From positions 1 through 43,926 of the forward strand of contig LWCA01000176.1 in NCBI GenBank assembly GCA_001642005.1: a stretch of DNA of 43,926 nt, given 5' to 3'. Both the position numbers and the translations under genes were made by a program. This document shows positions 1 through 14,400 of the stretch, piece by piece; within the stretch, counting starts at the first letter, position 1; each line of letters opens with the position of its first letter. Source of the DNA: Intoshia linei (lineage: Eukaryota; Animalia; Orthonectida). A model generated the notes under the pieces. It saw nothing but the letters and a program-made list of their open reading frames with translations. It was not told the origin of the DNA and made no database searches.

Positions 1-470
1 CGGACCGTTAATTATTTCACATTTTTTGTTTTAATAAAATATATCGGAAAAAAAGTATATGAAAACTAAAATGCTTTTTTCATCATGAAGGCGTCACTTA
101 TTCAGATTGAAATTTTTTGTGTGTGTTAACAGGATACAACTGTACTACCTGTAAATTTTTTGAAATTCTAGGGCTGTTTTCATAAAAAAAGAAGGGTAAT
201 TATTAAAAAAATAAAAGTAATTTGTGGTTTTGGCCCTGAAGATATAATTTTTTTAAATTCTCTAACTTATTTGATTTTCAAAAAAAAACACAATTAGGGT
301 TTTTGACCCGTAAGATGTTAGTTTGGGAGGTTGAAATTTATCTTATTATTACCCCGGAAAAAACTGTAATTGAAATATGGACTTTATAAAATTCTAAGAC
401 TGGTGGTTATTTACATAAAGTGGAACACACACACAAACAAATATGGCGTAGCATATTATATAAGTAAGGA
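1..470 (-). mobile_element. Non-autonomous Helitron-like repeat, 5' part
   Basis: A|TCCTTACTTATATAAT 5' end followed by a (TG)n tract. Body is shared with the copies at 27635 and 43325. Confidence 0.7.
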
Positions 471-696
471 TAAAAAATAAATAAAAAAGATTAAAGTTTT
501 TTTATAATTTTAAAATATATGTTTTAGTCATGAATAGTACAAAATATTTCGCGATCCCTGAAAAGTTATACAGATCCCAGTTTAAGAAAAACTGACATAG
601 ATGATATGCACACCACGTTATGGCGAATAGTAGAGAATACTGCATATTTAAAATTTTAAATATGTTATATTATGCATAGACTGAAATAATTGAAAC

Positions 697-2484
697 CTCT
701 TTCCCAAAAAATTTGATATAAAGTTTTCAGTAGCTTGTAAAATTCTATCAGGTCTAATAGCTCTGATTAAAATAAGTCGCTGAAAAGCGTCCATGTGTCT
801 ATCTAATCTATCAGGCAAGGGTATATTTTCAGGGTGTTCACTTTCACACATATATTTCCATTGCGTTTCTTTACCGTCACGCAAAATACGATCAAACGTA
901 TCTTTGAACCAATCAAAGTGAATTGCTAGAGTCTGTAAGTTATAAAACTGTTCATCAGTCATCCATTCAAAGCCTTTTCTAAGCAAAGAATATTTTGACT
1001 CTGTAGAATTCAGTTCAGTCATTACAGTTGCCGATAATGTAGGAGATACTAAATATTCTCGAAGTCCAGTTTGTATTTTATAAATAGTTGCAAAAATCTA
1101 TGGAATAAAAAAATTTAGTAAAATTTCAGACTCTAAAAAGTTTTTAGTAAAAACCTCTACTGCCAATAAAGTAACAAAAATAAATTTGTCTTTGGATTTG
1201 AGTAAAAGATTCATATTGAAAAAAGTTGTGTATGTAATTTTTTCTAAAACAGCCTTTTGAGAAGATCGTTCCGCGTATTTGGTAGAAATGTCCAAAATTT
1301 TAAAAAATTGATTTAAATTTATCTTGTACATTTCATCAATATTTTCCATGCTTTTGCAAACCCTATAGCACACGATAATTCGATCAATTAACATTGAATG
1401 GGATTCTTTAGATTTTTCCAATAATTTTATGCTATTTTTATTTTCTTCCAAACTAAAACAAATTTATACTCATCAAACTTGAAATTACGATGAGTTGATT
1501 TCATCGTATTGGTTTTTTGTAGATATAAGCATTTTTGACACACGTTTATCGTATAAAATTAAATCTTGATTCATCAACTCTTCAAGCATTTTGATTTCTA
1601 ATGATTTTAAAGATTCCCACATTGTTTTAGATTTCTAATTGATAAATTTACAATTAAAAATAATAATATTTTTTACTTGATGTAGCAATCCTTGCTCTTC
1701 AAATAGATGTAATTTTTCGTTTTTTATATATTTTCCAAAAAATAAAATGCGTAAATCACCTGAAGTCAAATTTATGCAAATTATATTCAACTGATGGACA
1801 AAGGAAGACGGCATGTCCATTTTAGATTCACAGGAATGTAAAATCAATCTAAATTGTGGAGAACAAACAATTTCACCATTGCTCGTCTAAAAATTTGATT
1901 TATATTAACTATTTTTATAATTTGTCATAAATTTACCGTTAATTTAAATTTCTGCTTATTTATTTTAAATTTATATTCATTATTCAAAATACATTGCAAC
2001 AAATCATTTTGGAGTAAATTATTCAGTTTTACATTATTAACTATCAGAATAAGTCCATCGCATAAGCACTTTTCCAAATTTTCATCAAAATCCTATACAA
2101 TGGTTTAATATAATAATTATAAATTAAAGTATTTGGATATATAAAAAATACATAGTAGTCAATGTAAATTGTTTCATGTGATTCCTTTAGTGATTCTGCC
2201 ACCCAATCTATAATTTTCAAATCTGAGTCAAATATTATAGGCCAATCTGTTAGTTCAATCGACAATTTGACCAGTTCAAAAGTTTCAACATAGACTGGGG
2301 GTATTTTATGATTAGAAAAATATTTACAATTAGATATCTAAATTATCATTATATTTTTTTACAAAATTAAATTACCGAAGTTAAAAAGTAACACAAACTA
2401 ATATCTTTAAATAAAAGTTTATTTGTATGAGGTATTTTTGAATCATTCAAAATTTCTGTAAATTCGTCGATTAAATTCTTTTTT
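697..2484 (-). CDS. Dynein AAA5 and following helical exons
   Basis: DWPIIFDSD; LEKCLCDGLILIVNNV; PQFRLILHS; EMYKINLNQF; FEWMTDEQFYNL; FQRLILIRAIRPDRI. Confidence 0.88.
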
Positions 2485-5400
2485 CTAAATTTTTTATTTA
2501 GATTGAAAAACTAGATTTATTTTTTAACATTTCATTCATATTCACTGTATAATTTGGTGAAAAACTCAGTTCAGATCAGTCTATTTTTAATTAAAAAAAA
2601 TCATCAACTTTAATAAATTAATACACCATTTCATAAGTAATACATTAACTTTATACAATGTGTGAACTAGGACCAACAGTCTCAATTATCATAGCTAAAT
2701 TGATAATTATATCAATTTCTGTCATCTTTTGGTCAATTTTTGGTGACCCAGTGTGAACCCATTTACAATACTTTCCACAAAAGTAATTAGAATAGTTTAA
2801 AACTCCAACCAAGTTATGAATCAACTTTTTTATAGGATAATTTTTAATATTTAATAAAGAGGTAACAGATGTTGGAATTTTATCCCAAACCTAGACGACC
2901 GCTACATTATTTTTTCAAAAATCTAATTTTTTATCCAAGAAAAAATAAATTTAATAAAAAATACAATTTCAAACCCTCATAAAAATATACGATTTTACCA
3001 AAACGTTTGAGAAACGTCTACTTAAATTAAAAATCCAATTTTACCAATGTTTAAGGGAAATATCCTCTTTTTTCAATATTATTTTTTGTGACAATCCGAT
3101 TTTACCAAATCTTATGAGTAACAACTTAATAATCCAAAACCCAAAATAAAAAATTAAATTTTACCAACGCTTAAGGGAAATATCCTCTTTTTTCAATATT
3201 ATTTTTTGTGAAAATCCGATTTACAAAATTTTATCAGTAACAACTTCTTAATCTCAAACCCAAAATAAAAAATTAAATTTTACATACGGTTAATAGAAAT
3301 ATCCTCTTTTTCTAATATTTGTTTCAAAAACACGATTTTACCAAAGCTTAAGGGAAATATCCTATTTTTTCAATATTTTTATTGTGATAATCCGATTTTA
3401 TCAAATTTTATAAGTAAAAACTTCTAAATCCAAACCCAAAATAAAAAATTAAATTTTACCAACTCTTAAGGAAAAATCTCCTTTTTCCAATATTTTTTTC
3501 AAAAAACACGATTTAACAACTTATAAGAAAAAACCGTTAATTTTTTCATAATAGTTTTATATTTTATGTTTCCTTTGAGACAAAAACATAATTATTTCGA
3601 AATGAGGGTCCGTACACTATTTGAATCGGGAACCACTGATTTAGAGACTGCAACGCTTTGATAATGTTTAAACATTTTCGTAGTGAGAATACAAACATTC
3701 GACTTTTTCATCAACTACTACAAAGACAGCGAAATTTTTAAGAATTATTTTATAATTCCTATATCTGAGAAAATATCCCAAAATATCTCGCGCCAACTAA
3801 ACTTATATTAAAGAAAAACTAAACAACTACATTAGCATTTTTAAGGGTCTGAAAGATTAATTGATTAAGTAAATTCTACCACACTATACATTAGTTTAAT
3901 TTTTTAATATTGAAATTACAAATTGTCTCGACAGCTAACAGCGAAAGTAATGTAAGCTGCTGCTAAGATGCAGTTATAGATCAAGATTTCGTTGCTATCA
4001 TACACTTCAATATATGCAGACCATTCTGCTTTTAAATTGGAAAATCTAAATGATAATAATAAATTTAGGATTCTTCAATTACAAAAATATACAAAAATCA
4101 TCCATTACTACTGTAGTTAAATGTATTTTTAGTCACTCTCTTGGTACAACACATTCATTATGCCATTATATATTTATATAATATAACTAGGACAATATAA
4201 TAAACTCTACAATAGTTAAGAAATAAAAAAAATTAATACTAAACTGCTTTTTTGACCAGGATGGTGTCATTTTGTGAAATTGAAAAGTTTTTCTATTTTA
4301 ACTGGAAATAACTATTACCATTTTAAAGCTATTGAGATATTTTAACAAGTTTTGATACCAGTTTATTTAAAGATACTGGGTATTCACAAAATACTTTAAA
4401 AATAATTAAATATAAATAGGAACAGTTTTCTGAAATACCGACACATATATGTTAAAAATGACCCTTTAATGTTTCAACTTTAAAAAAATTAAAAATATAA
4501 AATATTATCAAGTTAACCTTTGAAGCAAATCATTCAAGGTATTTAAACGAGTGCGTAAATCTTTTATTTTACTTCTCATTCCATCATTATCCTCTACACA
4601 AGAATCAAATTTATTTTGGAAATTTTCCATATCAGTAGAAAGAATTTGGTACGCATCTTGATCAAAAGAATTACTATCATCAATTTCAAAAATGCTATCT
4701 TTTTCATTCTATATTTTTTGATATTATGAAAATTCAATTGATCAAAAACCTGTTCATTTATCATTGTTTCATTCCCTTCTTCAATTTCCCAACTAAGTTC
4801 ATTTATACGATTTTTGATCATATCTATTTCAAGCTTTTCATGAGAATAATCTACCAAACTAATAATATATTCGAGAATTATTAATGCGTCTTCACTGGCA
4901 TGTTTTGCTTTTTCTACACTTAAAAAATGTTTATTTTCAATTGTAGGAGTGTGATGTCCTTCATTATTTGAGAAACAATCGGGAGAAATGTACATTTTAA
5001 CACCTATATCATTTCAATAAATATTAAAAAAATAAATACAGTCTTGGACCTAGAATCTAGGTCTTGTTAAATGATTAAATGATTGATATATTTTTTTATA
5101 AGAGCGAGACCATTTTATTATATTTAATAGAAAAACTACACCTTTTTATGGATTTATAGTTATTTTACTAATTTGAACGTTGCAAAAATTCCATTAATAA
5201 AACTTACATTTTATGATATCAGTTGATAAACCGTCCACCCAAGATATATTATACAACATGTCAACAAAGCGTGTCGAGTCACATACTATATTTTGTATAT
5301 TTGACCACTCCGTAAATAAATGAGCTGTATCTTTTCCAATTGAATCTGGTAGGTAAGTTGATTTTGAAGCTAACAATTAAAATTTAAATAATATTCTAAT

Positions 5401-8400
5401 TAGACTAATTAGTTAATATGAATAATTTACTAATTCTTGATGTCACTGAAGGTGAACCATCACTATATTTGGATGGCTGAGTAGGAGATGTAATTTTTTC
5501 AACAACAATTAAAGCTAGTTCCATAATTGAATGAACGACAGAAGGTGGAAATTGCAAATTTCTTAAATTTTCCACACATTGCCTGTTTATTTTGTTTAAA
5601 TTGTGTAATACCTATAACATTAATAATAATAATTGTCAAAATAATATAACCTTTTCTTTAAAATTTTCTAGTTGTTTATTACTTAAATCGATCGTCAATT
5701 TTTCATATTCCTCTGATAATTTTTTAATTCTCTTATCTTCCATACTCTTGTGAACACGATTAAATTCATCATCATATTCATCCATTTCATCTAATTTAAT
5801 TGATCCGGTAAAATGAAATTAAAATAAAATGTACCGTTTTCCGCTAAAAGAGAATCCGATTCTGCATCACTTCCAAGATCTTCCATTTTCAGAAAATCAT
5901 ATAAAGTATCATTGTCATCATTTAGTGCTTTCATATTTTCAATTTCTGAGCATTTATCGACCAATAATCTAAAACAATCCTCATTGTTGTTCAAAGATGT
6001 TTCGTATTTGTTATTAACTTGCTCCAATTCAATTTCCACTTTTTTAGATAGTTCAGACATATCATTAAGAGTACATATTGCTTTTTTAAAATTGTTATAC
6101 TTTGATTCTCTTTGTAAGCACATTTTTTCGTATAAATGTTTAAATATAATCATAAATCTTTTATTGTGAACTGAACAAACTGATAACGGTTTATAAATTT
6201 TGGCATTCTCATTTTTGTAAAATTTGTTTCTAAATTTAAATTTTTTTTAGTTTAAATTTTTTAAATATTACAAAATTTCTTCATTTAAAATTTTCTTTGA
6301 AAAGGGACCAGAATCGTTTCTATCATTTTTACTCTTTTCCAAGTCTTTATCATTATTAGTGTCAGTCATGAAAGATTTGTATAAAGATTTTTTATAAATA
6401 CATGAAGAAATATTTACAAAAACATCAATAACAAGTGATCTAAATTTTTTTTAAATTCACAAATTGTTAATTAAAATTATATTATACATTTTGTTTCACC
6501 CAATTTTTCCCCATATCAATAAAATCGATAAATCTATAAAATTGGATCAAAAAAACTGGCCTTAACACCCTACCGAATCTTAATCTAAAATTATCTTCAA
6601 AATCTTTAAAAATATTTAAAAATTGATTGAAAAAATCCCTTAAAACTCTACCACAGTTTATCTTTTTTTGATTGTTTAAAGTCAAAAAATAAATCATACT
6701 TTTATCAAATTTTTAAGAAAATATGCATTTTCGCCAAACCCTAAAGAAATGAATTAAATTTTATTATTAGTATGGTAAATCATTTTTGTTCAAATACATG
6801 TGTATTGAGAAAAAATTAATTTATGTTACAATATTGATTGTGATTTCCCGGGAAATGACAAAAGTCGAAAATCAGGAAAATAAAAATTAAATTTTCCGGG
6901 AAAAATAAAAAATTTTTATTCATATATAATATAAAAGCATTAAAAATATTAGAGACCTTAATTAATTTTAGCAACAAAAAGAAATTTTATTTGATTACTA
7001 GATTGAAATTTACAAATTTAATTAGAAAAAAATTTATTTATTTTAGATTGTTGAAAAAGTAAAAGAAAAATCGTTAGTAATTTGTGGTTGGAATAAGAGG
7101 TTTTTAAAAAGAATATTGGAAAAAGAATATTTTTCCATTAAGGGCTGAAAAATTAGATTTTTTTATTTGTGGTTTCATGAAGTGGATTTTAGAAAAAAAT
7201 ATCGGTGTAAGTCAATTTTTCCATGAGAGCTTGAAATGGTATTTTTGATTAAATTTTATTAGTGGTGGGATTTTTGAAATGGTAAATTTTAAATATTATA
7301 ATATAATCATATTTTCATAGTAGTAACAAACATAAATCAAATACAGGTATGTCTTATTTTTTTTCGGAAAATCCCGGGAATTTTGTCTCGATTTTTTCCC
7401 CGGCACAATCACTATGTTACAAAATTTAAAAATAAAAAATGTATATAAATTGAAAGATATTTTTAATTGTTAAGATTATTTTAGATTAGATCGTTTTTTA
7501 AGTCTTAGATCAGTGTTATAAAAATCAATTAATATTAATTATTACGCAGTTTCTTTTGATATCAAATTAGAATCATCGACAAGTTCATTTAGATTAATTT
7601 CATAAATAAATCTATTTTTATTAATATTCCAATCATCTATCCAAATACATTGACAATTTTCGACCAATGCAACGTAATTGCTGAAATTAATGAATTTTGA
7701 TAAATGGTATATAATTGAAAATACAAAATGTACCTGCATAAATTTTTTAATCCATCGCCAGAAATATTGACACTAAAGACCAAATGCAAATTTTTTAAAA
7801 CTCTAGTGATAAAAACACTTTTTAGTGTCTCTCCATTAAAGTCATTATGATTTAAATTAATAGAATGCGATAATTCCTAAAAATACAATCAAAAAAAATG
7901 TTATCATTTCTAAATTGAATGATTGAAATTGTATAATTACATCAAACAAACTTTTTAGTTCTTCTTTACTGAAGAGTTGATAATGATAACCATTACGAAT
8001 AATACAAGTAATCATGTCCCAAACACGCCAATCTGTAATTGAATCAGCCTGCAAAAATATATTAAAATTAAATTGTATTTTATAATTACAGATAAATAAA
8101 TTCCCAACGGAACTCCTTCAATACCACAAATTCTAATTGCTCTTCGAAATATGTCTTGCATACCTGTAAAATTCGTCGAAGTTAGGCATTTATCCCGTAT
8201 TCCTAATATTGCAAAAGAAATTCTGACAATTTCGGCAATATTTGAACCAGCATTACACATGAGCAACAAATTTCCACTAAAAGTTTTATACATGTAGTTT
8301 TATGAATGTACCTTCTTTCATAACTCAGTGTTCTAGTAATTTTTAAAATGTCTTCAAGAAAAACATTATTAAACTCGACATTTATTTCAACATTTCGAGG

Positions 8401-11400
8401 TAATTGATTGTATTGTTTCACAAATTCTCTAATAAAATTCAATTTAATAAAAATTGAAATAATGTTACATTATTGTACTCATCATTTCATCAGGTTCATC
8501 TACCATTTTCATTTGAGGCTAATTGTATAATATTAATCAATAAATAACAAAATGATGCAATTACTTTAAGTTTCTTTTCTCCATCCAGTATTAATTCATT
8601 TTTTATATTTTCTGTAGATAAAATTGAGAAATATTTATCTGTCATCAATTCAAGATTAGGAAAATTAGAGTAAATAATATGATTCAGTTTTTCATCAAAC
8701 CATTTATAATCCACCCATTGGCAAATTGACTAAATTTTAAATTATAGATATATTTTCCGTAATTGCCAAAATCGTGCCCATTTTCCTAATTTTTATAAAT
8801 GGATTTTCGTTACTAAGCATTTTATCAGTATAATCAAGTATACATATATATATATACAATAAGTATACAAGTATATAATATAACATACATAACTAGCTTG
8901 GATGTTTTGTACTTCGTACAAAGAGCACCAAGCTCTGCCCAGGGCGGCTTTTTTAATTTTACCAAAAAAATAAAATCTTAAAATAAAAATGCTACTATTC
9001 ACTATTACCAGTGTGTTAAATTAATAACTTCAAACGTGAAGATAATTTTTTATTTTTAAACTATAAGACGATTAATTATATCAAAATTTTTGTTTTAATG
9101 AAATAAGTAAAAAAGGTAAAAAGTAAATTGATTCCCTTAAAACCGTTTTTAAAATAGGGTAAAAAAACTACCTAAAATCCCTTGAAAATATGGTAAAAAA
9201 ATTTTTTGAATGCATAATTTTTTTAAAATTCTGAGACTACAGTGAGACTTGTTAATAATGAACCCTAAATGTCAGATTTTTGACAGATTCACTATTAAAC
9301 ATTTCTGTGATATAAATTAATATTTTAAGAAATTTTTAAATAATAAAGTTAATTTTATCTTATTAAATAAATTGGTACAATAGTAATTATAAAAATCGTT
9401 ATACCCATAATTTTTTAAATTGTTTTCATCCAATTTTTTAAAGATTTTAAAGACCCTTAAAATGTTAAAATTATTCCCTTAAATTCCCTAAAATTCCCTT
9501 AAAAATTCTACAAAATTTTGGACCCAAAATTATGTTTAAAATCTTTAAAAATTAAATGAAAAAATTTTCTCTTAAAGTTACACCCAAAAATTTAGTCAAA
9601 AAATTAATAAAATCAAAATTAAAAACAATTTTTTCTAAATTCATTATATTATGAATTTGAACAATTTGAATAAAATAACGAACTTCCATAATCTTTACAA
9701 AGGCGTATTTACAATCTTACAAAAAATCATTAACTATAGAAAATATGCATTATTGAGAGTGTTCATTATTGACGAGTCTGACTTTCATTTTCATTTTTTG
9801 AACAAATGGTAATCTGTGGTTTTGGCTCTAAAGATATTACCTTTTGAAATTTAAATTTTTTTAAACAATAGGATTTGTTTGATTTCCAAAAACAAGAATA
9901 ATTTTTGTTTTTGACCGGAAAAAATTCTAATAGAAATGTGGAATTTTTAAAATTAAAAAAATAAACGATGACAGCCAGACTAACAAAAATTTTTATATAA
10001 GTTAGTGCATTTGTACATTAGGCCTTATGCATTGAATGCAGATAAAATACATTAATATTATTAATGATTTTTGAAAAATTACATCTCTATAGACTCTATC
10101 CAATTCATGTTTCCATAAAGAAATGATAAATTCTTCGTTTTCCCACATTTCATTATTGATAAGAGACAAAGCCTAAAAAATGTTAATAAAATTTTAAAAT
10201 AAGCGTACATATATAACATGAGAAATTTGATGCAATGAAATGCTCATATATTGATATCGACCAGTTATATACATGGGTTTAAGCGTATCATTGACAGACT
10301 TGTAAATTTCAAATGTTGCATTTATAATTGTATTTAAAATATTGGGTACTACAAAATTTACAGATTTTTCGTTTGAAAAATAAATCTAAAATTAATTTAT
10401 TTAAAAAAATAAATTAAACTTAATTAACCGATTTAACTAATTTTTAAAATTATATAATAAAATATTATTTACTAGACTTTTTCCAAATATTATATTTAAT
10501 ATATCGTCGTCAGATAACTCTTTCATATATAAAACAATAAATTTGCGCTAAAATGATATTAAAATATATATTGTTTATTAATATACTAGCAATCTACTGG
10601 ATAATCGTTTTTTAATGGAATCTTTATTATATTGACTAAAAGTGGCACAACAGAAAAAGTTGATATCCTGTAATTTAATCATTTCAAACCTTTCATCATA
10701 CTGATACAAAAAATTATCACAAACTACTTGACGAATCAGCTAAAAATAAAAATTATATTCAGTTTACTGAAATCAGAGTCAAACCTACCATACCCTAGGC
10801 CTCGACTAAATTTTTGTAAGGTGGCCTTATTTTTTCAAATTCAACATTAAAATAATTATATTCCTGAATATATAAGTATTTTGTGTGGTAACTTTAAAAT
10901 TTCAAGTCAAAACGTTGCCTCAAAATCCTTAGAGAAGCGTTTAGTGGTTATCAGACACTATGTATCGTTTTAAAAAAAAATTTTAGGGTCCCATTTTTCA
11001 TTTTTGGTGACCTCCAGATTGATGGGTTCGGCTCTGACTAAAATAATTGAAACAGTGAAATTTAATTTTACTTCGAAAGGTGAATTTGAATTATTCATTG
11101 GCAAATGAAAATCGTCTATGAACATTGTTAAACGTTTTCCTTCTTTAGCTCCATAAATAAATCCTTTTCTGTGAACAAGTCCATTCAGAATATTTTGCTG
11201 AACTTGACGTGGGGTTATGAATTTTGAAAAATTTACATGTTTTGTAGCGTAATACATTTCATCTAATCAGAATCAGAATTTATAAGTTATTATTATTATT
11301 AATGAAATTAAATTTATATATTTGGAAATTTACAATAAATTTCATAAATTAATATACCAAAATTATTAATAATTTCATTGAGTAAATATGATTTTCCTTG

Positions 11401-14400
11401 AGCATTACTTCCAATAATAAAAACATTTGAACCAACATTATTAGCATATTCAGCTAGTGTTTTAATACACAACTAAATTATTCAAATTATTAACAGGGTG
11501 GACAACGCGCTCTTGATTTTCGGAAATATTTTAACTAGATTTAACTTTAATCATATTCTTGGAAGCAGTCAAAAATTACGCAGACCGGCAGTGGATAAAC
11601 GTTATACTAAATGGATTTGAATCTTAACCAGAGTATCAAATGCATACTATGCACAGTATTTTCATATAACTAGATACAGTGGTTTCTGTACAATATGAAT
11701 GTCAAGGGACCGGATATCTAGAATATTCATAACAGAGTTGGTTGTACAATATAAATATGAATTAAGAATCAAGTGAATAATAACACAAATGTATAAGTAT
11801 TTATTTTTGCAATAAAAAAAATAGTTTCTAATTCTGTTGCTATTTTCAATTTTTTCTTTTAAAAGATCTTTCTTTTATAATATCTGGTTTCATCACAGTT
11901 AAATATGTTATTAATTCTATATTTTTCTACAGCTTCAGAAAATAATTCTTTCCATTCTTTTATTTTAGACTCGCTTATTAATTTTGATTCTCCTACTATT
12001 TTTTTTTAAAAAAATTTAAACAACCAGTAGAGGCTTTAAAATCGTTCAAATTCAAAAGACTGGCAATTTCCAGCGCCTTTTCTTTCAATTTATTGCCACT
12101 TATACTTATATTTAATGTTGTTGACGTTGAAACTACTGATTCAATTTTCATACATTTCCTTAGGCGGTTGTCTCTTCTAATTCAAATTTAAATTATTACA
12201 ATTAAGAATTTCTTCACGATTTTTTAACAACTTATTTATCAAACCTACTGAAATTGAGTGTTTGGTGGCTAAATATTTTTGAGATCGATTTGAATATTCG
12301 TCAAACAGTTTAATCAATTTTATTTTATCATTTATCGAAAAATCTTTTTCTCTTCAAATTCAAATTCAAATTCATATTAAATGGTTACTTTTCTGAAATT
12401 TATAAGTCACGTGATAAAAAATTAATACAAATTTATGTTTATTTACACAAATTCATATTCACAGTTCACATTGAATGAAATTCATATTAAAAATTTTTTC
12501 TCATAATAAATACTATACAAATCTAACTTTTATTTTGATGAAATTCATATAAGCGTGAATTCATATTATACAGTATTCATATTAAACAGAAACCACTGTA
12601 TATCATTAAAAGGTAGAAAAAATATACAGATTTAATGAAGCGGGCCATTACGATGTTCCAAAAAATTTTCGTCTCATGTCACCCGAGTATTATTTTTATT
12701 CAAAATTGGAACACCTCAATTTACGATTGAACCAAATAATTTTCAAATTACCGTCTGGCTAGTTTCAATGAAATGAGAATTGGTGTTTCTTGAAGAAAAC
12801 GTGACTCCATTTTTACATTCTTCTAATTTTGATATCCAGGGATCCCACTCTCCTGTTTCGTCTACATAATAGTCATATATAGATATGTCGTGATCATAGT
12901 CTGGAAATCTAAAAAAGTTATTTTGTATAAATATATTATAGTAATACCGTATTCTCTCTAATACTCATCATTCTGGGGATTTAGAAAAAAATTTATAAAT
13001 ATAGAAAAAGTAGATAAAACCTTTAAATTCAAAGCTAATTTACAATAAAATTTAAATTGTAATACAAATTAATTAAATTCTATTTTATTAAAAATCCATT
13101 TTTAAAACTGAAATTAATTAATTAATTTTTTAATTAATAATTATTTTTTTAATTCATAAATATTTTCTAAAAATTATATTTGAATAAAGAAATTAATTTA
13201 CTCTATATTAAATCAGTAAATAGAATTCAATATAAGGACAATTTTTTGTTAGCATAATATCATATTCCTCTTTTTTAAATAAATTTATTATCAATCTGCC
13301 TTATTAAGCCTTTGTTTTTTTTTGCATTAATTAATTTATTTGAAACTTATATAAAATCGTAACTAATTTTGAAAAATGGTTTTAAAACTTTTAGTTTTAT
13401 ATTTTAAATCAATGGCGATCGAGATAATTGGCGAGTTATAGAGTTGGCTAGTTGTAGAGAGAATGTTGTAGTTAAGTTATAGATGCCCGACAGGGTCTCC
13501 CCAAAATTGTACACTGTATATTTAACCATTTATTATATTATATTCATTAGTTTAAAATAAACTAAAATCAAATTAATAATGATGAAAAATACTTTTAAAA
13601 TACCATATTTATTATTATTTAAAAAAAATTTTGAATAAAATTACACACTAGAAACTTTGGATAGTAAAACGTTGAACTTGACTTGATCAGTAGTTTCTAA
13701 CACAGCCGAATAAGTCCACAAAAGACAAAACAAAAATAATCTTTTCACATGTAAATCACCACCAAATTCTTTATTTTCTTTTAAAATGGATTGAAGCAAT
13801 TGGAGAAGTGAATCCATTAGTCCAATTTCGCATAAATGTATTCTTAATCTATTTGATATTAATACATGGTTTATAAATAAATTAACTGGCAATCTTCAAA
13901 AAGAAATTTGTTCACTTGAGGAATTATATTGTAAAATTCAACGGATAATATCTAAATAAAAATTTTATTTATTTTCCAACAAATTTTTCTCAAAGTGTCC
14001 CACGTGACCATATGGTACGATATGAAATTGTATGTATTCGAATATTACATACAATATAATGGACGAATTCTTTAATTAAAAAAAAAATTTCAAATACAAA
14101 AAAATGAATACTAAAGTGCTTTTTTGCTAAAGACCCTGAAGGCGTCACTTTGTCAGATTTAAATTTTTAGTGTGTGTTAACTGGATATAGCTGTTTCAAC
14201 TGCAATATTTTAAAAAATTCTAAAAATGTAGGACTATTTTAATTTTTTTAAATAAAGTAATATGGGGTTTTGATCGTGAACATCCACTTTTTTAAAGTTA
14301 TCATTTATAATAATGGTTATGGTTTTAAAAAATATTCCAGAATTTATGTTTTATAAAATTTTTGGGTGCATTGTGCTAATGTAAGGTAATTTGTGGTTTT

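Noticed and set aside
2985-3530. Regularly spaced repeats resembling a CRISPR array (also 28715-28980)
   Set aside because: The spacers are themselves repetitive, the context is a eukaryotic intron, and there are no cas genes.
3680-3830. Possible Penelope-like retroelement fragment
   Set aside because: The similarity is too short and degenerate to support a call.
5912-6169. Plus-strand ORFs at 5912, 18486, 27145, 31007, 31155, 41456, 41792 and 41886
   Set aside because: They are antisense shadows of dynein exons with no independent protein features.
6482-6697. ORFs lying within repeats (6482, 8793, 14425, 23988, 38885, 39297, 42532)
   Set aside because: They are low-complexity translations of non-coding TE or AT-rich sequence.
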